64,000 nucleotides of DNA. Origin: Balanoglossus misakiensis. Its lineage: Eukaryota; Animalia; Hemichordata. Location: positions 1,036,886 to 1,100,885 of the forward strand of contig CM082597.2 in the NCBI GenBank assembly GCA_040954595.2. The letters are read 5' to 3'. Below the pieces are notes generated by a model that was not told where the DNA came from, did not search any database, and worked only from the letters and a program-made list of their open reading frames with translations. Below, one piece after another: positions 43,233 to 53,500 of this stretch (its first letter is position 1; each line of letters starts with the position of its first letter). A program made the position numbers and the translations under genes.

Positions 43233-44883
43233 CAGAGAGACAGAGAGACAGAGACAGAGAGACTAAGACTAACTGACACAGAGATAATATATGGGCAGAG
43301 ATAAAGAGAGACAGGGCGAGAGAGAAACTACGGGATTTAGCGATGTGTTGTATCTTTTAAATTAGATTTCATTGATTTAATTGAAGTCATTAGCACAAAG
43401 GTGCAAGCTTACTGTGGTTCTACAAAAATACATGTAAACCCCCAATTCTTCAATGATATAAGGCCTTCGGTCGCAGAACAGTATAAAAAATCCCTACTGA
43501 TACGTTTACATGTTAGGTGATTACCATGACAACCAAGTGAAAGAAAACCTTTTAAACTATGTTCTATTTTGTCCACAGATGGCAATAAAGACCTGGTTGT
43601 GGAACGTGGTTGTGATACATACAATTCCTACGACTGGGATAACACATGTAACTTTACTACAGTGACTTTTTCGTACGACGCGTACGTGTGCACGTGCGAT
43701 GACGCCAATGGCTGCAATGGTGACGACACAGGCCGAGGTTTGGAACTGTTTTGTACTCCATGAGGTCATAGTCTGCTCCCTTGCCCCATTTCTGCCTCAT
43801 AGTGGCGCTGTGCTGGAAGGAAAGCACGGCACAGCCAGTGGTAGAAATGCGGTTGCGAGCCAGACTATAGGCCTGGATATTCATCTAACTAACTTTATCT
43901 ACTTTACCATGAGTGTAGTGTGTTAGGAGGAGTGTGATTTATTCAATGGAACACGCAGAAGCAAGAACATATACAGACATATGGTGATCTTTAGTATCCT
44001 ATCCTACACAGGAATAAAGCGGAAACATTCTATTCATGGTCAAGTAGACAAAACAATTTCATAGTGTGTTGCAAATTACTTCAGAAATTACATCCTTACT
44101 GGGCTGTTTATGAGATTCTACCACTCTGAACTCAAAAGTGTTATTCCTCCCTAAAGAACCATCAGATGTGTACTGCCGCCATCTTTGATCGGTCGAGTCA
44201 CGTGATTGACACAGAGGTCAGCCAATATAAACCTCTCTCTCTCTTAAATGCCGCCATTAGGGTACCACATGTGCCACCAATGTAACACCGCGGATGATGA
44301 TGACGTGGGCGAAGTGTGTGATGGTTCGGATGATGATCTGTACCCGTGTCTGACAGGAGAGCAAAAATGCGGGGCACTGCGTATCAACTATGACAGCTGT
44401 AAGTAGCTAACCTTTAACCTTTAACCCCAAGGGTTTGTGCACATTCAGACTATTTATTTTTACTACACTCACTTTGTGTTTTATACGGCCAACTCTGCTA
44501 CCCAACCATGGAGACAGAGTTTGCTTTTATTTGACATTTTTGTTAACAAATGGCAAGACTATATTTTAGATAAGTGATTAAAATAACTAGCGATATCAAG
44601 CAGGATTCACTTTGTAGTGTTACTGATAAAATGCTGCTTTGTTGCAAAGCAATAATTTGTTTTATCTGTGTTTATTCAAGGGTTGTTCACCGACACCACA
44701 TACCGTTATTGCACCGACACCGACCGGAGCGCTGGCGGGGATTGCGAAGACGACGCCTTTGGCAGAAACTGCAGATATTCATGTAACGACGACATGTGCG
44801 ATCCGTATAGCGGATCCAGTGGTCTGGCGGCATCTTTCGTTCTCATGGCGGCCATGTTGTTCCTTACCTCCCGCGCTTTTTAA
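42650..44883 (+). CDS. GPI-anchored protein with two Ly6/uPAR (three-finger) domains, ~231 aa; exons 42650-42689, 43020-43175, 43579-43737, 44261-44398, 44681-44883
   Basis: Signal peptide MAQTALLVALLLCVSTAGVFS. Two 10-Cys domains starting CxxC (LDCVEC...CTCDDANGCN; MCHQC...SCNDDMCD). C-terminal SGSS plus hydrophobic tail. All introns are GT-AG phase 1; 696 nt in frame. Confidence 0.85.
43180..43262. repeat. (GA)n/(GACAGA)n microsatellite at the start of intron 2 of the Ly6 gene
   Basis: Direct reading of the sequence. Confidence 0.95.
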
Positions 44884-46905
44884 ATCGGCCATCAACAACT
44901 TATTTGCTCGCAGCCATTTTCTGGTAGAATGTTAAGGAGTCAGCATGTCACTATGGCTACGAACAGAATTCAATCCACACAACCTACGATTTATTTTATT
45001 TTTCAGTAACTTCCTTTGAAATCGGATAGTCTAAACGTTATGTATTTGAAGTTCATGCTGTACTAATTCGAATTCCCTGTGTTCGGTCATTTACAACATT
45101 ATTATGGGAATATGTTAAGATATCTGACAGCAATAGTTGAACCAGAATGACTTTTTGCGCGTGTATAAAGCTTGCTTTAGGGCATGGCTATAGAAAGAAC
45201 TCTTTAGTTTTCTGTATGAAGTAATGTCACATGACTACTATGCAAATTTTTGAACAAAAACGTCATCAGAAAATGTCAGCCTTTACTAGTTTCAGATGAC
45301 GACATGTACCTTAAATGTCCGAGGAACACAAATCCACAACACTTTTTGTACGTATTATTTTCTCTTATGGTCAGTTCAAGTAAAATCTCTCAGGGATTTA
45401 AATTCTCTGTCAGGTATGTGAAGTTAGCAAGAAATATTATTTCGAACCTCCTTATTACCAGCCTGGCATTCACTCAAAATGGCGACAGGAGTTCCGTCGT
45501 TATGCAAATAATGGGGGATTTTTTTATTTACATCATCGTTCATTGGATTGACCACAAGCGATTCCCAGAGCAGTTAATTGTTAATCACACAATGACTACA
45601 AAATTTTACTTTGCTATGTTAATAAAAAAATGTCGATGACTGACGCAGGCTGGGCTCAAAGTGTGTATATTTACATGTCAAAACCATGCACCCATACCAC
45701 GCATGTGTAGTGCAAACGATGTAGCCCCCCCCCCCTCTCTCTCTCTCTACCACCCTTCCCCTCCCCCCCCCCCTCTCTCTATGATTATCATCTCTCTAGG
45801 TTCCTTACTGCGGAAATAAGTTTTTGATATGTTCGTGCGAGGTCAGAGTATTTGTTTACAAAACCTGCGCCGTGCAGTACCGTTTCTATTTACGTCGCTG
45901 TCTGAACGATAAAAATAGTCACTGATAAAAAGATGTTTACCTATAGCAGGGATCTGTCACCTCTATATTTATATTCGAATGATAGGAACTGTAGAAGTTT
46001 TTGTAGAATATCAGTAATATCAGTTAAAAAACGAAAGAAAACATAGATTTAGGCACGACAGTACGCTACGTACGCAAAGGAACACGTGATTCAATATGAG
46101 TAAGTTTCTTTTAGGGCTACAGCAAAGACAGTTTCTATGCCAAAAGCGCTGAATCCTTACAATATTTCAATAGTTTTGTCATCAACTGGACTTGATATGA
46201 TGTCATTCGTACTGTAAACTACATTTAGAATGAAAACACAAGGCTCCATACGAATGAATTGCGCAGCCATGATACACTACGTGTAGGACAAACTATATAT
46301 CACTTTGGAGCAGAGCACACACTACTCTGGGTTACAAGAAAGTAGGACATATAGATAAAAGCAGATGTCAGAGACTGAGAAATCATAACATGTTTTTATC
46401 ATGATATTTGTTGAGATACGTGTGCAGTGTAAGCGATAACATGGCGAAACTGGTTTCCGCTGAGGGGCTTGTCGTTAGGTTGGAAACTTGTCATTCGTGA
46501 ATAATTGCCACGCCCTCACTCGGTGGGGTCGGAGATGGACAATATAAAAAATCGATATCTCCGTCGAACTTTGAAAATTCTTTTAAATGCTTAGCCATGC
46601 TGTGTGCTCAGGTTCAAGGAGGTCCTTTATAATTGCGGTGACAAAAAGCGATCTTGATGCCAATATTTGCAGGGACGTGCTCCGTCATATCGGCTATCCT
46701 ACTAAGGCAGTCATCAATAATTAAAAATAATTAACGGAAGCGTTATCTTTGCACTGGCATGGGTACACACGAACCAAAATTGCCGTGCAGAGCCTAATGG
46801 CAATGTCTCATAAATCGTACTCATTGTCAATCAATCGTGGAGTCTGAGCATCTGTACGCGAAAGCTACACATCCGGAAAAGGCTGATTGTGAAGGGCGAA
46901 GATTG

Positions 46906-46970
46906 TATATAAACCCCGAGAGCCTTGCACACTCTTCACCTTATCCAGTCTGATCCACTGAGTGAAACAG
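46906..46970 (+). promoter_or_regulatory. TATA box and short non-coding first exon of the subtilase gene
   Basis: TATATAAA at 46906-46913; CAG|gtaaga donor at 46970; acceptor tctctcccaacag at 47073, 14 nt before the ATG. Confidence 0.7.
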
Positions 46971-47087
46971 GTAAGAAAAAGTTTATTACCAACATTTGTA
47001 GAGAAATTTCATCTCGAAGGCTCGTGTGTCTCTCCAACAAATGTCTACCATCTTCTTGTTTCTCTCCCAACAGATTATTCTTCAAAC

Positions 47088-49139
47088 ATGCGTGTCTTCA
47101 TCTTCGCTCTCTTCGTGGCCGCTGCCTCTGCAGCTAGCCTTTACCAGTCTTCCAGTGCTATCCCAAACAAGTACATCGTGAAGCTGAACGTAAGTCAAAC
47201 AAGTTTATTCATGTAGTAGTTCATCCAATTCTTGAGATAATATCGAGGCGAAATGTTACCATAGGAAACACTGCATTTGGACCAAACCATGGTGGTGAAA
47301 GGGTTAAAGAGAATCTTTCTGTTTCCTTCACTTCTCCAGGCTAATGTCAATGCCAACGCCTTTGCAAAGACACTCCCCCTGGGTGTAACTGTCACAAAGG
47401 TATGGACCAATGTCCTGAACGCAGTTGCCGTGGAGACCAAGAACGTCAACGTGGTAAGTGACTATAAAGTTCTAAGACTCGCTTCTGTTAAAGACGGAGA
47501 GACTAGAGTGGGAACAACTTTGATGGCATTTTTATAAGCAGCAATGTCACGCATGAGCAGTTCAGGCGACACTCTCCTTTAACTAACTTGTCCCTTTTGC
47601 AGCTTTTCGCTCTTAGCGGAGTTGAGTACATCCAAGAAGATTCTCTGGTCACTGCTTCTGTTGAAGGTGTTTGGAGTCGTGCCTCAAAGGTCGTGAAAAG
47701 AAACGCTGCGCCAGGTAAATCAACGTTTATAGATAGACCATTTTCCGAACTCCCGCGAGATCCTGCGAGATCTTGCATGGAAGACAAAGCTACAATTCAA
47801 CCTTTGGAGTATTTGTGGCAGGACTTGTATGATTTTCTTCTCTGACGTCACTGTAAGGTTCTGATTATCATATTGCAAGTGTTTATGGCAAAGAGTTATA
47901 ACGTGTTGTATCTCAATATCCCACCCTTTAGCCGCTGGTGCAGGCATCTATGTTGTGGACACTGGTCTTCGTTACTCTCATGTTGAGTTCGGAGGTAATG
48001 CATCGCCATTCTACGATTTCGAGGGAGGCAACGTAAGTGTAACTATTTAATATTTCTCAGCTCTGTTCTCGTGTATTTCTTTGCGTTATGACAGTTTCTA
48101 ATCTTAATGTAGTTCATTATGTATAATTTAACTTGATGATATCCCTTCTTCCTGACAGGGCGGAGATTGCAATGGACACGGTACACACGTTGGTAGCGTC
48201 GCTGTTGCTCAGTCCAATGGTGCCGCATCATACAGCGTCCGTGTTCTGAATTGTGCCGGAGCTGGAAGTACATCTGACATCATTGATGGTAAGTAATTAT
48301 ACGACATTAATAGACCATTTCCCGAACCCTACGAGACCCTGCGATATCTCGTGTGACTAGGCAGTTACATTTATATGGGGAGACATTCTCCTGTGACACA
48401 AGACAAACAACATCTGGCCATTTGACATTACTTAGGACCTTGTTGACTAGGCGTTTTGTTTTAGACACAGCATTAATTCATATCATTGTGGTATTTCAGG
48501 TCTTAATGCAATCATCGCCGGCGGAGATGCTGCCACCAGCGTCGTGAATCTGTCATTCGGTGGATCTGCCAACTCTGCCCTTGATGATGCTGTCAGAAGC
48601 GTCATCAGTGCTGGTTTTGCAACTGTTGTTGCTGCTGGCAACAATGGAGACAATGCATGCAACTACTCCCCAGCCCGCGTTGTTGAGGTGAGTAGGATGT
48701 TAGCATGAATATTACATGTTTAAAGCTATATTCAGGTTGTAGCTGGCGTCAGTGTAACTGTTCTGACATTCGCTTCAATCCCCCAGGCTACCACTGTCGG
48801 AGCAGAAGGCGAGGCATGGTCCAACTATGGCGCCTGTGTCGACCAATACGCACCTGGTACTGACATCAATGGAGCCAGCAATGAGTGTGACACTTGCTAT
48901 GTTACTCTGAGTGGTACATCTCAGGCAGCTGCTCACGTGTCTGGTAGGTTAACTCCCTGACGTTTCTATAACGCTATGTTTTAGCCTGGAACTTGGCGTT
49001 CTGTACCAAAAGAGGCGCAACAAGTCTGAACTATCTATTGCATTTGTGATTGACAGTTAATTTGTCACATTCAATGTATGCATGGACTCATCCTATTCTA
49101 TCTTTGCCACCTTTAGGTACCACAGCCGCTGGTCTGTAA
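47088..49139 (+). CDS. Secreted S8A subtilase, proteinase K/PCSK9-like, ~308 aa; exons 47088-47189, 47340-47453, 47603-47714, 47932-48032, 48159-48288, 48500-48687, 48787-48943, 49117-49139
   Basis: Signal peptide and I9 prodomain (IPNKYIVKL...VEYIQED). Triad motifs YVVDTG, NGHGTHV and SGTSQA, plus oxyanion AAGN. GT-AG introns give 927 nt in frame; AATAAA at 49257. Confidence 0.9.
47733..48350 (+). repeat. Related ~40-bp element in two subtilase introns (47733-47773 and 48311-48350)
   Basis: tagaccattttccgaactcccgcgagatcctgcgagatct vs tagaccatttcccgaaccctacgagaccctgcgatatct. Confidence 0.75.
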
Positions 49140-50526
49140 GTCAACACAGATTCAAAGTCAAGAGCAAGGCACAGTCCCTCACTTGCAGGTCAAAAAGAAC
49201 ACCTGGGTTAATCAAGCCTATTTTGTAATTTGAAATGTATCTTTAAAAATCTGATTAATAAACCCTTCGTTGAGTTCAAAGCATCAATGTGTAGCTGTGA
49301 ATATATTAAAATAACTGTGAACAATTCCCTTCCCCAAAAAACCTCCATCTACCCCCCCCCCCCCATAAATCGAATGGCTCTCCATTGTAGTTTGCATAAC
49401 CATTGTCATTGTTGTGGGACCACCTGTCTCACACACAATGCACATTCTCAATACTGCTGCACTGTCTTGCTCAGTGGTGGCGCTCTGGTGGAAATGGATA
49501 TTTATGATCACGTGCTCATTTGCGGCCAATCGGCCAACGCACTTCTAAATCACATGTCATTATAATTTCACGCCAAAAGTGACCCACAAAACCAAGCCCC
49601 AAATTAAACCCACGTGGCCACAAACACGTATAGTCATGCATGGACAAAATAAACCGAGTCTCTCTCCCACCCTAGATGACGAGCAGTACATAACACTAGC
49701 TGTATACATCCACGCCATTTCAATAATATCGTTCCATGGACAATAAAAAGGGAAACGACAAAGATTCACTTAACCTTCCCACGCCACTCGTTCTTTATGT
49801 TGGACCAACGCCCGCGATTGAAAGCGTTGCCAATTAAGAGAAACTAAAATGGATCAACTATTTACCGTTTGCTCTCCTAACCTTCGTGGCCAATGGTTCA
49901 CTTGGATTACACGCCCTTTTCATGTTCGCATTTGTAGCACGCATACAAAATATGAATGAACATACCAGTTTGTTTCTCTAACACACACAACACAAAGAGA
50001 ACACTGAGCAGCAGCAAACTCAATGTTGTTCAATGGTTTGAGTGACACCGGCCAACCATTTGAATCAAATCCTATCAAAAATTATAAAACTGGTTACATT
50101 TTGATTAAAATTTTAACTGACGTCACTCAAAACAGTGGACAACGTTGATTTTGCTGCGGTTCAATATCACTTTCTGTTGGCTGTGTTGAGGAAAAAACTG
50201 CTGTGTGTTCCAATTATAGTTTGAATCTGCGCTACACATGGAAACGACAAGGTGATAGTCTCAGTTCAGTTTCATTACCAGGCCAAAAAATAACACAAAG
50301 TAAAACATTTTCCTATCTACCCTATTTCTGAATGGCATGTTACGGGAAACAAGATTATTTTTTATTATGGCTTATCACAAGGCCGTTTCTCTCTTATCAC
50401 GATACAAGTTCTGTGGTGGTAACAGCCTGCCACAGCCTCTATGGTGTTGTTATCCCTGGTCTAGGGAGCCTTAACTATCGCCTGTAGATAGAGTGAGCCG
50501 TCCCGGCAGCAAGAAGAAACAGTGCA

Positions 50527-53500
50527 ATGATGGCAGAGCCAGCAACTTCAGACGAATTGGTGTTTTTCGTCAATGGACAAAGGGTATGTAGGTTTAAGTC
50601 ACCCTGTCCACGTGCATGAGATAATCACAGACCGTGACAAACAACGTTACATCATGTACATATGCTGGAACCCACAGGACTAACACATCATCACAATCTC
50701 TTGAAAACAGACCATTAGAAGGCGCTTGTGATTGACCGTGACAAGTACAGTGAACTAGTTCGGATGATAACGTTTGACCTTATTTGCCTACTGTGTGCAC
50801 GGTGACCAAAGTCTCATTCAGAGGCTATGATCGCCACACGTTGACTGAAACCAAATTGCAACCGGCAACCATGTACATCGGTTTGATTGTGTACATGTTG
50901 CATGTCCATGAACTGGATGTACTCCCACAGAAAGGTCTTACTGGTAGTGGTAGACCGACATGGTCCACTTTTCACGCAATAGTTATCTAGACGTGGGACG
51001 GTCACCGTGAGTGACGTGGGTAATAATTTTTGGCCACGGTTTAAATGTGGGTCAAGTGTTTCTTATCATTCACGTGAAATCGTAAAGCCCGAGATGTAAA
51101 AGCAGGCCAGCAAATTCTCTGAGGGTTTGGTTTAAATAGAAGCGAAAAGAGAGCCTTTCAACCATACCCCAAATTTATTGAGGTAACCGTGAAGCTGCAC
51201 ACCCCACTTCAACGATTGCCCTTTAATGTGTCATTCGTACAAGTGGACTGTGCATTTACAGCGAGGATTCACACAACAGAATTGGATGAGATCGATTGAG
51301 TTAAGTTTATTATATAACGTGTTCCAAGGTCCTTTGTGGGAACTGACCTTTCTTGTCGCGGTCGTCAGTTCCACGCCTAAAGGAACCCTAGAGTGATACT
51401 CTCAAGAATGATATTGCCAATTACGCCGCAAGTTGATTCTTTTTGTCTACACAGGTCGTAGAACGTGGGCCTTTTCTGGGGACGAGGCTGTTGGGATATT
51501 TGCGTGACAATCGTATCCTTGCAAATTCACGAAACTTATCTCTTACGCCCATGCGCATAAGACGGTCGTGGGCCTTTAAAGTGTGTTTGATCATGACTTG
51601 AAATATCACGTAAAGATATACATTTTTAACAATCAGAACGCTCAGTGACAGCCATGAAGTACGTGTCGCACACGTTAACCCTTTCATGGGCCGTCGGCGA
51701 GGCCAGGGAACAGACTACATGCTTTTAAAGCTTCCAATTATTAGTAATAGAATGTGCGTGAAAAGACATTCCATTCCTTGACCTTTAACCTCAGTGCAGC
51801 TGACAGGATCCAAATATGGGTGTGGCGAAGGTGGCTGTGGTGCTTGTACCGTTATGGTGTCAAGATATGATCCGTATACTAAAGATATATCGTATCCTTT
51901 AACAAGAGGCACAATATTATAACAATAAATCGACTACTTCTAATACTTCTCAAAATGTCAAAGAATGATGAGAGCTGTTCCCTTTCTTGTATTTAAAATC
52001 AAGAAGGAAATTTCCGATTAAAAACATGTCACAAACTTCACAAGCTAAAAATCTTGACTAACTCTAGCCACCAATGTGTGTATGCATGCATGACACCATT
52101 GTGTTCTCTCCATGGCATGGCAGTAACAACTGTGGAAGGTATTGGAGACAGTAAGAACCTACATCCAGTACAGGTAAGAGATATATTACCTTGCAGCAAA
52201 CTCATTAGAATCAAAGCACTGTTATGGAAATTTCACAGCAGTGCACGAACACCGAGAAAACACTTTTAAAATGGACAATGCAATATTTTTACGATACTTC
52301 AATTCAGGGCAACTATTGTATATTTTTTCCGCAACTAGGAACGACTTGCCAAGTCACATGGATCGCAGTGTGGTTTCTGTTCGCCTGGAATGGTGATGTC
52401 GATGTACACGTTGCTACGCAACAACCCAACTCCATCGAAGGCTGAGGTCGAGGCTGCATTGGAAGGGAATTTATGTCGATGTACCGGGTATCGACCAATC
52501 GTTGAAGGATTCCAGACATTTGCCAAAGTTGGTAAAACGATTACGTCACCCAAGTTTGCTTTTTGCAGGACTAATAAGACTAACGAGTTACCATAAGTAT
52601 TTATCCTATAATTCATTAAAAGAATTATGTTATTAAGATACTTTCTTCTGAAACTGTAGGATGGTTGCTGTGGAAACCCATCCCAATGTTGCAGGGACAA
52701 ATCAGGTGCTACAGATCAGCAGTGTGATAATCGTTCCCATGACGACAGCGATGACGTAAGTGTACAACATTCGTTTTGATAACGCATCTACGCACTGTAC
52801 GACTTAGCACCGGGAACTCGTTTATGCTTTGTTTTCTGTATATTATTTCTTAGACTGGGGCAAGACTGTTTGACAAGGAAAAGCGTATTCTATACGACCC
52901 ATCGCAGGAACCGATATTTCCCACAGAACTTATAGTAAGTAGAGGGGAAATCAGCATTTTAACGTTTTCAGCTGTTCATTCCATGCTTTTGGGGGAATTT
53001 GTTACCTAGAAAAACTTAATGTGATATTTAAATCGTTTATATTTGACTGATACTGATAGATACTGTACGGCAACGATTTCACTTTTCTTTTAGTTAAATC
53101 AAGACTACCACTGCAAGAGTGTCAGATTTTCCAAATATGGTATGATATGGATGAGACCTACGTCACTTGACGAGTTATTGCGGTTAAAGGCTGATTATCC
53201 AAACGCCAGACTTGTATCTGGGTACTTGGAAATTGGTAAGAATATGTATACATAAAATGGCATTTCTGTCTGTAGTCATAGGTCTGTAGTCATCCAGTGT
53301 TTTCACACCGTTACCCAATGCAACATGTCAGGTGAATTTTCTTAAACAGGACTGGAAATTAATATCAAGAAGAGTCTGGACCCTGTCCTGATCTCGGTAA
53401 CCCATATCCCAGAATTCAACAGTGTCAAGATCACCGATGAAAAAGTATCATTTGGAGCTTCTGTGACTATGGCAACCATTCAACATGTTATCGAAACAAA

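Noticed and set aside
42878-43276. ORF with an ER-repeat tail as a standalone protein
   Set aside because: It is Ly6 exon 2 read through into the (GA)n microsatellite.
47088-49139. Recent bacterial or fungal horizontal transfer of an aqualysin/proteinase K gene
   Set aside because: It has eight spliceosomal introns, several at PCSK9-like positions, which argues for old metazoan ancestry.
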